Positions 29,062 to 38,513 of a DNA stretch of 64,000 nt are shown here, in pieces. This DNA comes from Limnohabitans sp. (lineage in GTDB: Bacteria; Bacteroidota; Bacteroidia; Flavobacteriales; Flavobacteriaceae). Positions within the stretch are counted from its first letter, which is position 1, and the number at the start of each line of letters is the position of its first letter. Location: assembly GCA_030053945.1 (NCBI GenBank), contig JASGCW010000009.1, positions 1,690 to 65,689 on the forward strand, in the 5' to 3' direction. The notes beneath the pieces are model-generated. The model ran no database searches. It was not told the origin of the DNA and was given only the letters and a program-made list of their open reading frames with translations. The position numbers and the translations under genes are program-made.

Positions 29062-30100
29062 TTTGAATAGATTTTAAAACAGTTAATAATTTATTGTTTT
29101 CTTCTTTTGTTCCTACAGTAATGCGTAAGCAATTTTCTAATAATGGTTGGTTACTTCTATTTCTTACCACAATACCATCAGCTAATAATTGATTATATCT
29201 TTTTGAAGCATCATCTACTTTTATCAGTATAAAATTAGTGTCTGATGGATAAACCTTTTCAATATATTTTATTTGAAGTAAAGCTTTAGATAAAATATCC
29301 TTTTCTTTTTGTAAATAAACAGTCTTGTCTTTTATTTCTGAATACAATTCTAATTCATTTGAAGCTTTACTTTGAGTCAAAACATTTACATTATAAGGAG
29401 GTTTAATCTTATTTAAAACAGTAACTATTTCTTTTGAAGCATATAAAATACCAAGTCGTAATCCAGCCATACCAAATGCTTTTGATAAGGTCTGTGAAAT
29501 TACTAAGTTAGGATAATCTTTCAGAGATTGTAACCAACTTTCTTTTTCAGAAAAATCGATATACGCCTCATCCAGTAAAACTATCCCATTAAAATTTTGC
29601 AAAAGTGTCAAAACAGTTTCTTTAGAAAAAGTATTACCCGTAGGATTGTTAGGCGAACACAAGAAAATAATCTTTGTATTAGCATTAATCTTACTGAAGA
29701 TTTCATCAAGATTAGGTTCGAAATTAGTATCTAAGAGTACTTCTCTATTTTCAATAGCATTCAAATTAGCTAATACTTCGTACATTCCATATGTTGGAGG
29801 TAACGTAATTATATTATCAACATTGGGTTCACAAAAAGCCCTAAACAATAAGTCTAAAACTTCATCGCTTCCGTTTCCTAACACTATATTCTCAGAGCTA
29901 ATGTTTTTTATACTCGCAATTTTTGCTTTTAAATCTTTTTGTAGCGGATCAGGATAACGATTAATTCCGTTATCGAAAGGATTTTCATTTGCATCTAAAA
30001 AAACCATATCCTTTTCAAAATCCTCAAATTCATCACGTGCTGAAGAATATGGCTTCATATTCTTAACATTTGTTCTAGTTAATTCTTGAATATTCATCAT
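29054..30100 (-). CDS. hisC: Histidinol-phosphate aminotransferase
   Basis: [44 protein letters not shown] at 30100 or 30097. Confidence 0.95.
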   Translation of the reverse strand: MMNIQELTRTNVKNMKPYSSARDEFEDFEKDMVFLDANENPFDNGINRYPDPLQKDLKAKIASIKNISSENIVLGNGSDEVLDLLFRAFCEPNVDNIITLPPTYGMYEVLANLNAIENREVLLDTNFEPNLDEIFSKINANTKIIFLCSPNNPTGNTFSKETVLTLLQNFNGIVLLDEAYIDFSEKESWLQSLKDYPNLVISQTLSKAFGMAGLRLGILYASKEIVTVLNKIKPPYNVNVLTQSKASNELELYSEIKDKTVYLQKEKDILSKALLQIKYIEKVYPSDTNFILIKVDDASKRYNQLLADGIVVRNRSNQPLLENCLRITVGTKEENNKLLTVLKSIQNA

Positions 30101-31400
30101 CAGCAATTTTAATTATATCATTCAATTGTTCTAATCTAAGAGTTACAGCATTTTTATGTGCTTGTAAACCTTCTGCTTCCGCCATTATTTCTATACTTTT
30201 TCCAATATTCAAAATACCTATTTCGGTAATTTTTTGAAAAGTAATTGTTTTTAAAAAGCTATCAAGACTTACACCACTATAATTTTTAGCAAAGCCATTA
30301 GTAGGCAAAGTATGATTTGTACCTGATGCATAATCACCAGCACTCTCTGGGGTATAATTACCTATAAAAACCGAACCAGCATTGATTACATTTTCAATAA
30401 AAAAGTCTTCTTTTTTAGAGCATATTATAAAGTGTTCAGGAGCATAGTCATTTATAAATTCTAAGGCTTCATCGTAATCTTTAAAAAGTATAAGTTTTGA
30501 ATTCTGAATTGCTTTTTTTGCTATTTCTTTACGCGATAAGTCTTCAATTTGAATTTCGATTTGTTTTTCTACCTCTTGCAACAATGGTTTTGAAGTAGTA
30601 GCAAGAATAACTTGACTATCAGCACCGTGCTCAGCCTGACTTAATAAATCGGAAGCAATAAAACTAGCATTACCATATTCGTCTGCAAAAACTAACAATT
30701 CGCTTGGACCTGCAGGCATATCTATTGCTACACCAAATTGTGTACTCAATTGTTTAGCTGCAGTTACATATTGGTTTCCTGGTCCGAAGATTTTAGAAAC
30801 TTTAGGAATTCTTCCAGTTCCAAAAGTCAAACCTGCTATTGCTTGAATACCACCAACTTTCAAAATTTTTGTAACTCCGCAAAGTTGAGCTGCGTATAAA
30901 ATAGCTGGATTTACATTACCGTTTTTATCTGGCGGTGTACATAGTACAATTTCTTTACATCCAGCAATTTTTGCAGGAATAGCCAACATTAAAACTGTTG
31001 AAAACAAAGGAGCGGTTCCGCCAGGTATATACAAACCAACTTTTTCTATGGGTCTTTTTTCTATCCAGCAATTTACTCCTGGCATAGTCTCCACTTCAAT
31101 CCTTTGTGTCTTTTGTTTTAGGTGAAAAGAGGTAATATTTGATTTAGCAATTGTTATCGCTTCTTTCAATTCATTAGATACATTTTTTTTAGCTCCTTCT
31201 AACTCTTCTACAGTAACCTCTAAATCATCTAGCTCTACACCGTCAAATATTGAAGTGTATTTATCAATTGCTTTGTCACCATTAACTTGAATGTCTTTAA
31301 AAATTAAATTTACTGTTTCTTCAATTGATTTGTAAGATTGTGAAACGCGTTGTGTTAGTTTTGCTAAATCAGATTTTTTTGAATATTTAATTATTTCCAT
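30075..31400 (-). CDS. hisD: Histidinol dehydrogenase
   Basis: GLYIPGG, PAGPSE, LLSQAEH, APEH, GTNHTLPT. True start taken as the ATG at 31400 (MEIIK). Confidence 0.95.
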   Translation of the reverse strand: MEIIKYSKKSDLAKLTQRVSQSYKSIEETVNLIFKDIQVNGDKAIDKYTSIFDGVELDDLEVTVEELEGAKKNVSNELKEAITIAKSNITSFHLKQKTQRIEVETMPGVNCWIEKRPIEKVGLYIPGGTAPLFSTVLMLAIPAKIAGCKEIVLCTPPDKNGNVNPAILYAAQLCGVTKILKVGGIQAIAGLTFGTGRIPKVSKIFGPGNQYVTAAKQLSTQFGVAIDMPAGPSELLVFADEYGNASFIASDLLSQAEHGADSQVILATTSKPLLQEVEKQIEIQIEDLSRKEIAKKAIQNSKLILFKDYDEALEFINDYAPEHFIICSKKEDFFIENVINAGSVFIGNYTPESAGDYASGTNHTLPTNGFAKNYSGVSLDSFLKTITFQKITEIGILNIGKSIEIMAEAEGLQAHKNAVTLRLEQLNDIIKIADDEYSRIN

Positions 31401-31417
31401 TATATATAGTTTGTTTA

Positions 31418-32275
31418 TTATAATACCATTTTTTCTATTGGGCATACTAGAATTCCTTCTGCACCTGCTTCTTTTAGCTGATCTATTACTTCCCAAAATT
31501 TTTCTTCATCAATAACAGAATGTAAGCTACTCCATCCTTCTTCTGCAAGAGGCATAATTGTTGGACTTTTTAAAACAGGTAAAATTGAACTTACTTCTTT
31601 TATTTTAGCATTAGGAACATTCATCAAAATATATTTTGATTTTCTGGCTCTTAATACAGATTGAATTCTGAATAATAATTTATCCAAAAGTTTTTTAGAA
31701 TCTTCTTGAATTAAAGGGGACACAGCAAGTACTGCTTCGCTTTTTAGAATTACTTCCACTTCTTTCAAGTTATTTTTGAAAAGAGTACTTCCACTAGAAA
31801 CAATATCTACAATAGCATCTGAAAGCCCAATATTAGGAGCTATCTCGACCGACCCTGAAATTTGGTGTATATCAACATTAACACCTTTTGAATTGAAGTA
31901 ATTTAGAACTGTATTTGGGTAAGATGTTGCAATTTTCAATCCATCTAAATCTTTTAAAGAAGTGAATTCGTAATTTTTAGGTACTGCCACAGAAACTTTG
32001 CATTTTGAAAAACCAAGTTTCTCTACAACACTGATATTTTTCCCTTTTTCTACTAAAAGATTATCACCTACTATTGCGATATCTACTACCCCATCAATCA
32101 AGTATTGAGGAATATCAGAATTTCGTAAAAAATATACTTCTAAAGGAAAATTTGAAGCTACGATTTTTAATTCGTCATTTCCATTATTGATAGAAATTCC
32201 AGAATCTTTTAAAATTTGAAGACTATCTTCGTAAAGTCTTCCTGATTTTTGAATTGCGATTTTTAAAATACTCAT
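31418..32275 (-). CDS. hisG: ATP phosphoribosyltransferase (long form)
   Basis: LKIAIQKSGRL, RNSDIP, GSVEIAP, DAIVDIVSSGSTL. Confidence 0.97.
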   Translation of the reverse strand: MSILKIAIQKSGRLYEDSLQILKDSGISINNGNDELKIVASNFPLEVYFLRNSDIPQYLIDGVVDIAIVGDNLLVEKGKNISVVEKLGFSKCKVSVAVPKNYEFTSLKDLDGLKIATSYPNTVLNYFNSKGVNVDIHQISGSVEIAPNIGLSDAIVDIVSSGSTLFKNNLKEVEVILKSEAVLAVSPLIQEDSKKLLDKLLFRIQSVLRARKSKYILMNVPNAKIKEVSSILPVLKSPTIMPLAEEGWSSLHSVIDEEKFWEVIDQLKEAGAEGILVCPIEKMVL

Positions 32276-32324
32276 TGTGTTTTAGTTTTATGAGTATATC
32301 AAGGAGTAAATCTAAGTTCTTACA

Positions 32325-32362
32325 AAGAAAAAACCCGTTTGATATACTCAAACGGGTTTATA
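32325..32362 (-). terminator. his attenuator terminator
   Basis: AAACCCGTTTGA-TATAC-TCAAACGGGTTT hairpin followed by a T-tract on the minus strand, between the leader peptide and hisG. Confidence 0.9.
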
Positions 32363-32390
32363 GTTTATATGATTTATAACAACATCATCA

Positions 32391-32447
32391 CTACCTCGCT
32401 TGAGCGTGGGACAAATGATGATGATGATGTAATTGATTTAAAAACAT
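32391..32447 (-). CDS. hisL: his operon leader peptide MFLNQLHHHHHLSHAQAR
   Basis: 18 codons plus stop, with 5 consecutive CAT codons and one CAC, directly upstream of the attenuator hairpin. Confidence 0.9.
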   Translation of the reverse strand: MFLNQLHHHHHLSHAQAR

Positions 32448-32464
32448 ATTTTTTTATTATGCTG

Positions 32465-32497
32465 CAAATTTAAAATAAATAAATTGAGATATGCAAA
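32465..32497 (-). promoter_or_regulatory. Bacteroidota sigma70-type promoter for the his operon
   Basis: -7 TAAATTTG (32472-32465) and -33 TTTG (32497-32494) with a 21-bp spacer. Confidence 0.75.
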
Positions 32498-32533
32498 TAT
32501 TTTTTTCAACTTAACTTTTAAATCACAATTTGT

Positions 32534-33989
32534 TTAATTTAAAACAATCTTCTTAACTGTATTATCTTTAAACTTTAATAAATATGTACCTTTTGCCATA
32601 TTAGCAAAATTTACTAATAATGTAGGTTCTGAAATATCTATTTCTTTAATAAGTTTTCCATTTATATCTACTAACTGTGCTTTAGTATTTATTAACTCAG
32701 GAATAGTAACATCTATAGTGATAATATCAGTACTTGGATTAGGATAAACTTTCACATCTCCTTTAACCAAAGTAAAATTTTCATTTGCTAATGCTGATGA
32801 ATACAAATTACTTTCCCACACCCCTCTTCCATAAAACGAAACTCTTACAACACTATTTGTAGTACCATCAAAATATCCAAATAAATCTGTAATTTGAGCA
32901 ATCATTGGAAGATTATTCGAAAAACTTTGCCAATTAGTCATTGAAGAATTTCTATAATATACTCCAAATGGTGTAGCTAAGTAAAAACTTTCGTCTGTGC
33001 TATACGGATCATGAATTAAACTTATAATATTTGAAGTAGTTAGTCCTCCAGAAATATTTGTCCAAGTAACTCCTTTATTAGAAGAACGATAGGCTACATT
33101 AGCACAAGTTAAATACACAATATTTGTATTATTTTTATTTACAACTATATTACAAAAATTCGCGGCCGATGAAGGTGTTGTCGAAATTTGTGAAAAATTT
33201 ATACCATCTGAAGAATAATGAACCTGATTATTTGTTAGAACTACATATATTTCATTATTATTTGTTGGTGAAATTGTAAAGTTTTTAATATTTGAACTAA
33301 AAGTTTTAACAGTTGTCCAAGTGGGCGAAAGTCCTAATAAATTAGTAGTTTTTTTAAGTGTTGTCCCTTGACTAACAAATCCTAAACTAGTATTGCTTGT
33401 TGAAAAAACATAATTATCATTATTACTTGAACTCAAAAGACCAAAACTAGATTCACTACTATTTGTTACTAAGTTTCTTTTTTTAGCATTTTCATAATAA
33501 TATACAATATTTGCATTCGCATAATCAAAAGTAGCTTTAGACCCCCAGTCGCCTCCTCTGTTACAATACCAAGTATTATTATTCAAATAGATTTCGCCAT
33601 TATCTTGAGTACCAATAGTTACAATGTTTCTTGACAATTTGCTTTGTCCCATACGATAAACTTCAGTTGCGCTTATTCCGTCAGATTTAGGATTCCAAAC
33701 ATTTCCACCATCTGTACTTAAGAAAATTCCACCATCATTAATATTGTATAATTTAGTGTTATCAAAAGGAGATGAAATAATTTGATGCATATCTGTATGG
33801 CAATTTTCCCACCAATTTGTAAGTTGTGACCAACTTACGCCACTGTTAGTACTTTTCCAAACTACATGACCACAAACATAAAGTGTATTAGCATCATTTC
33901 TATCAGCAAACATTCCCCAATTATACGCTCCTTGACCGGTTTCAGTTGGAGTATAACCATTTAGATTTGGATTTACATCACCTTTTTTC
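32534..33989 (-). pseudogene. 5'-truncated duplicate of the T9SS beta-propeller gene
   Basis: Encodes the same C-terminal 459 aa as 34473-36743; lacks the signal peptide and N-terminal blades. Confidence 0.85.
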
Positions 33990-34214
33990 TACTAAAAGAT
34001 TATCACCTACTATTGCGATATCTACTACCCCATCAATCAAGTATTGAGGAATATCAGAATTTCGTAAAAAATATACTTCTAAAGGAAAATTTGAAGCTAC
34101 GATTTTTAATTCGTCATTTCCATTATTGATAGAAATTCCAGAATCTTTTAAAATTTGAAGACTATCTTCGTAAAGTCTTCCTGATTTTTGAATTGCGATT
34201 TTTAAAATACTCAT
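33978..34214 (-). pseudogene. hisG: 3'-truncated hisG duplicate (78 aa)
   Basis: First 77 aa match HisG, then it runs out of frame into the junction and stops (...VEKR*). Confidence 0.9.
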
Positions 34215-34263
34215 TGTGTTTTAGTTTTATGAGTATATCAAGGAGTAAATCTAAGTTCTTACA

Positions 34264-34436
34264 AAGAAAAAACCCGTTTGATATACTCAAACGGGTTTAT
34301 AGTTTATATGATTTATAACAACATCATCACTACCTCGCTTGAGCGTGGGACAAATGATGATGATGATGTAATTGATTTAAAAACATATTTTTTTATTATG
34401 CTGCAAATTTAAAATAAATAAATTGAGATATGCAAA
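34264..34436 (-). promoter_or_regulatory. hisL: Second copy of the his promoter, leader peptide (34330-34386) and attenuator
   Basis: Copy of 32325-32497 at offset +1939. Confidence 0.9.
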
Positions 34437-34472
34437 TATTTTTTTCAACTTAACTTTTAAATCACAATTTGT

Positions 34473-36743
34473 TTAATTTAAAACAATCTTCTTAACTGTA
34501 TTATCTTTAAACTTTAATAAATATGTACCTTTTGCCATATTAGCAAAATTTACTAATAATGTAGGTTCTGAAATATCTATTTCTTTAATAAGTTTTCCAT
34601 TTATATCTACTAACTGTGCTTTAGTATTTATTAACTCAGGAATAGTAACATCTATAGTGATAATATCAGTACTTGGATTAGGATAAACTTTCACATCTCC
34701 TTTAACCAAAGTAAAATTTTCATTTGCTAATGCTGATGAATACAAATTACTTTCCCACACCCCTCTTCCATAAAACGAAACTCTTACAACACTATTTGTA
34801 GTACCATCAAAATATCCAAATAAATCTGTAATTTGAGCAATCATTGGAAGATTATTCGAAAAACTTTGCCAATTAGTCATTGAAGAATTTCTATAATATA
34901 CTCCAAATGGTGTAGCTAAGTAAAAACTTTCGTCTGTGCTATACGGATCATGAATTAAACTTATAATATTTGAAGTAGTTAGTCCTCCAGAAATATTTGT
35001 CCAAGTAACTCCTTTATTAGAAGAACGATAGGCTACATTAGCACAAGTTAAATACACAATATTTGTATTATTTTTATTTACAACTATATTACAAAAATTC
35101 GCGGCCGATGAAGGTGTTGTCGAAATTTGTGAAAAATTTATACCATCTGAAGAATAATGAACCTGATTATTTGTTAGAACTACATATATTTCATTATTAT
35201 TTGTTGGTGAAATTGTAAAGTTTTTAATATTTGAACTAAAAGTTTTAACAGTTGTCCAAGTGGGCGAAAGTCCTAATAAATTAGTAGTTTTTTTAAGTGT
35301 TGTCCCTTGACTAACAAATCCTAAACTAGTATTGCTTGTTGAAAAAACATAATTATCATTATTACTTGAACTCAAAAGACCAAAACTAGATTCACTACTA
35401 TTTGTTACTAAGTTTCTTTTTTTAGCATTTTCATAATAATATACAATATTTGCATTCGCATAATCAAAAGTAGCTTTAGACCCCCAGTCGCCTCCTCTGT
35501 TACAATACCAAGTATTATTATTCAAATAGATTTCGCCATTATCTTGAGTACCAATAGTTACAATGTTTCTTGACAATTTGCTTTGTCCCATACGATAAAC
35601 TTCAGTTGCGCTTATTCCGTCAGATTTAGGATTCCAAACATTTCCACCATCTGTACTTAAGAAAATTCCACCATCATTAATATTGTATAATTTAGTGTTA
35701 TCAAAAGGAGATGAAATAATTTGATGCATATCTGTATGGCAATTTTCCCACCAATTTGTAAGTTGTGACCAACTTACGCCACTGTTAGTACTTTTCCAAA
35801 CTACATGACCACAAACATAAAGTGTATTAGCATCATTTCTATCAGCAAACATTCCCCAATTATACGCTCCTTGACCGGTTTCAGTTGGAGTATAACCATT
35901 TAGATTTGGATTTACATCACCTTTTTTCAATATAAAAGTTGTCCCACTATCTGTAGATTGATATATGATACCACCTTGATCAGCATTATTGCTACCCACA
36001 AACCCTGCATAAACTATAGAAGAATTTGCTGCGGATACAGCTATTCTTCCACCATTACCAGCAACGGGATTAACTGAAGCAATAGCAGTCCATGAATCTC
36101 CATCGTTTGTGCTTTTTAAAAATTGATTATCTGTAATAGCATAAACGATAGTATTTGAACCTGGTTTATAAACCATATCTCTAAATGATCCATTTGCTTT
36201 TAGAGACCAAGATGCACCAGCGTCTGTACTTTTCCAAATTCCGTTATTTGTGGCAGCAAGAATAGTATTATGATTATTAGGTGAAATCAAAATTTCTACC
36301 GCCATAGCATTGCCTATTCCAGTATTTGAAGCAGCCCAAGTTTGACCACCATCAATACTTTTGTAGATACCATAATCTGTAGAATAATAATTCGCATCAC
36401 CTGAACATAAATAAATGATATTGTCGTTAGAATAATCTATTGCAACTGAAGAACAAGATCCTTGAGGTATCTGTCCGTCTGTATTTGATTTATTCCAAGT
36501 TAAAGCACCATCATTAGTAATCCATAAACCTCCTGAAGCGCTTACTGCATAAATTTTTTGAGCATTTGTTGCATGAAATTTAATTTGAGATACTCTCCCT
36601 ATTCCATGAATTTGACCAGAAATATTAGTTGGAAATGCAATAGGTCCTTTTATGGTCCAATTTCCATTTAGATTTTGAGCTTCAATATATTGGACAAAAA
36701 ATAACAAGACAATACAAACTGCTATAAAACTATTTTTTTTCAT
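34473..36743 (-). CDS. T9SS-secreted BNR/VPS10-like beta-propeller protein
   Basis: Signal peptide; repeated SxDGGxTW Asp-boxes; C-terminal VYPNPS...KGTYLLK type A sorting domain. Confidence 0.85.
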   Translation of the reverse strand: MKKNSFIAVCIVLLFFVQYIEAQNLNGNWTIKGPIAFPTNISGQIHGIGRVSQIKFHATNAQKIYAVSASGGLWITNDGALTWNKSNTDGQIPQGSCSSVAIDYSNDNIIYLCSGDANYYSTDYGIYKSIDGGQTWAASNTGIGNAMAVEILISPNNHNTILAATNNGIWKSTDAGASWSLKANGSFRDMVYKPGSNTIVYAITDNQFLKSTNDGDSWTAIASVNPVAGNGGRIAVSAANSSIVYAGFVGSNNADQGGIIYQSTDSGTTFILKKGDVNPNLNGYTPTETGQGAYNWGMFADRNDANTLYVCGHVVWKSTNSGVSWSQLTNWWENCHTDMHQIISSPFDNTKLYNINDGGIFLSTDGGNVWNPKSDGISATEVYRMGQSKLSRNIVTIGTQDNGEIYLNNNTWYCNRGGDWGSKATFDYANANIVYYYENAKKRNLVTNSSESSFGLLSSSNNDNYVFSTSNTSLGFVSQGTTLKKTTNLLGLSPTWTTVKTFSSNIKNFTISPTNNNEIYVVLTNNQVHYSSDGINFSQISTTPSSAANFCNIVVNKNNTNIVYLTCANVAYRSSNKGVTWTNISGGLTTSNIISLIHDPYSTDESFYLATPFGVYYRNSSMTNWQSFSNNLPMIAQITDLFGYFDGTTNSVVRVSFYGRGVWESNLYSSALANENFTLVKGDVKVYPNPSTDIITIDVTIPELINTKAQLVDINGKLIKEIDISEPTLLVNFANMAKGTYLLKFKDNTVKKIVLN

Positions 36744-36749
36744 ATTCCC

Positions 36750-37127
36750 TTATTTATTTAATTGGCGATTTCTTTTTTCTTCTTCCCACATATTTATTTT
36801 TTCTGTCGGAGAAGCTATAGTTCCATCGTTCTTAACAAAAGGAAATACTTTTTTTTGCCATTGTAAGAATTTTTTGTATTCAAAAGCATACTTTACTGCT
36901 TTTTTCTTTTTTACTTTTTTGTCATTAAATATAACTTCTTCTTCATTGGGTCTTTCTTTGTCTTTCCAATAATTGTTAAATTCACTGACAGCAGTAAAAT
37001 AGTTTGTATTTGGATTATTCATCATAGAAATCCAAATCGGTTCTTTATCTTCTTTATTTTGAGCAATCGTAACTGACACACTGCAAAAAATAAAAAAGTA
37101 AAAAACATAAAAAATTGATTTTTTCAT
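36750..37127 (-). CDS. Small secreted hypothetical protein
   Basis: MKKSIF signal-like start at 37127; WISMMNNPNTNY...YKKFLQWQ segment; ends 7 bp before the propeller gene. Confidence 0.65.
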   Translation of the reverse strand: MKKSIFYVFYFFIFCSVSVTIAQNKEDKEPIWISMMNNPNTNYFTAVSEFNNYWKDKERPNEEEVIFNDKKVKKKKAVKYAFEYKKFLQWQKKVFPFVKNDGTIASPTEKINMWEEEKRNRQLNK

Positions 37128-37242
37128 TTTCTTATTTATTTTGTTGATTTTGGTGTAAAAATATAATATTTTATTTGTTTTTATAAACAAAACACAATAA
37201 CAATGATGAAAAAATAAGAAATAAGCAAGAATATTTTGAATT

Positions 37243-37953
37243 TTATTGAATTTTCACCCCGAAAAGATGTCCTACTAAAGCAGTTAATCCCATCGCAATA
37301 GTACCCCAAAAAGTAATTCGAACAACAGCTTTCATTATTCCTGCTCCTCCTGCTTTTGCGGCTACCGCTCCTAAATTTGCAAGAAACAAAATTGCTAATC
37401 CATACAAATAATACTCCATATTTTTTATAGGAAAAAATAATGTCACCAGAAACGGTAAAGCACCTCCAAAAACAAATGAAGCACCTGATGCTAAAGCTGC
37501 TTGAAGAGGATTTGCTTGAGAAATTTCGTTTAATCCTAATTCATCACGAACGTGTGCACCTAATGCATCATATTCTGTTAATTCTAGGGCTACTTGCATC
37601 GCGGTTTCTTTCTTTAAGCCTCTTTTTTCGTAAATTTGAGCTAGAATTTGCAATTCTTCTTCAGGCATTTCTTCTAGCTCACGTTTCTCTCTTTCTATGT
37701 CAGATTTTTCCACATCTGTTTGGGAACTTACAGAAACATACTCTCCTGCTGCCATAGATAATGCTCCCGCTACTAATCCCGCAAGCGTTGCTAAAACAAT
37801 TGCCTCACGAGTATCACTAGCCGCAGCAACACCAATAGCAATACTAGAAATAGATAAAATACCATCATTTGCACCTAAAACCGCTGCTCGCAACCAGTTA
37901 CTTCTATGTATGTAGTGAGAGTCTAAATAATTATCAATATTTACATTACTCAT
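37243..37953 (-). CDS. VIT1/CCC1 family iron/manganese transporter
   Basis: WLRAAVLGANDG, SMAAGEYVSV, HVRDELG, NPLQAA. Confidence 0.92.
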   Translation of the reverse strand: MSNVNIDNYLDSHYIHRSNWLRAAVLGANDGILSISSIAIGVAAASDTREAIVLATLAGLVAGALSMAAGEYVSVSSQTDVEKSDIEREKRELEEMPEEELQILAQIYEKRGLKKETAMQVALELTEYDALGAHVRDELGLNEISQANPLQAALASGASFVFGGALPFLVTLFFPIKNMEYYLYGLAILFLANLGAVAAKAGGAGIMKAVVRITFWGTIAMGLTALVGHLFGVKIQ

Positions 37954-37956
37954 AAA

Positions 37957-38451
37957 TTAATCTTCTTCTTTTTCAGATTGGTTATTTTCTATTGGATTGC
38001 TTGTATTAATTGCGTCTTTACGAATTTCAGTATGTCTAATTTCACCACCCGAATTCCCCACAGGTGATGCTAAAACTATCCCAACAATTCCTAAAACAAG
38101 AACTAAATACGATACCAATAAAGCTTTTGGATGCCTTCTCTTATTAGCAACTAATCCTAAAATAGACGCTAAACCTAATAGATAAATTACTTTCATAAAA
38201 CCTTCAGCAAGTTCTTCATGCTCGTGTATCAAATCGTGGGAAATCCCTGAATTTTCGACAATATCTTCTGCTTTATCGCCTGTCATCATAGAAATTTTGC
38301 CCATAATCATTGAAAAAACAAAGATTACATAAGCAATATTTAATACTAAAGGATTCTTTTTAATAATACCATAAAGTAAAATAGTTAGGCCAAAAAATAA
38401 GCCAATAATTGGAAAATGGTTTACAACCATATGCAAGTGTGCATCATTCAT
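37957..38451 (-). CDS. His-rich four-helix membrane protein (DUF2231-like)
   Basis: HLHMVVNHFPIIG, TGDKAE, HEHEELA, GNSGGEIRH. Confidence 0.6.
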   Translation of the reverse strand: MNDAHLHMVVNHFPIIGLFFGLTILLYGIIKKNPLVLNIAYVIFVFSMIMGKISMMTGDKAEDIVENSGISHDLIHEHEELAEGFMKVIYLLGLASILGLVANKRRHPKALLVSYLVLVLGIVGIVLASPVGNSGGEIRHTEIRKDAINTSNPIENNQSEKEED

Positions 38452-38513
38452 AATTTCAATTGAATTTTAGTTTAACCAAATTTAATATTTACTTTTGTAA
38501 AAAACTTAGTACA

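Larger units (their letters stand above)
32045..35928. repeat. Tandem duplication with a 1939-bp period (copy A 32051-33989, copy B 33990-35928)
   Basis: Checked segments are identical at offset 1939; TTTTTC microhomology at 32045-32050, 33984-33989 and 35923-35928. Confidence 0.95.

Noticed and set aside
31401-31496. N-terminal extension of hisD in the ORF track
   Set aside because: It overlaps the hisG 3' end; the ATG at 31400 has a proper A/T-rich leader.
33960-34010. In-frame HisG-propeller fusion or programmed frameshift at the duplication junction
   Set aside because: The propeller frame is +1 relative to hisG, a TGA follows at once, and the A6G run is not phased as an A-AAA-AAG -1 site.
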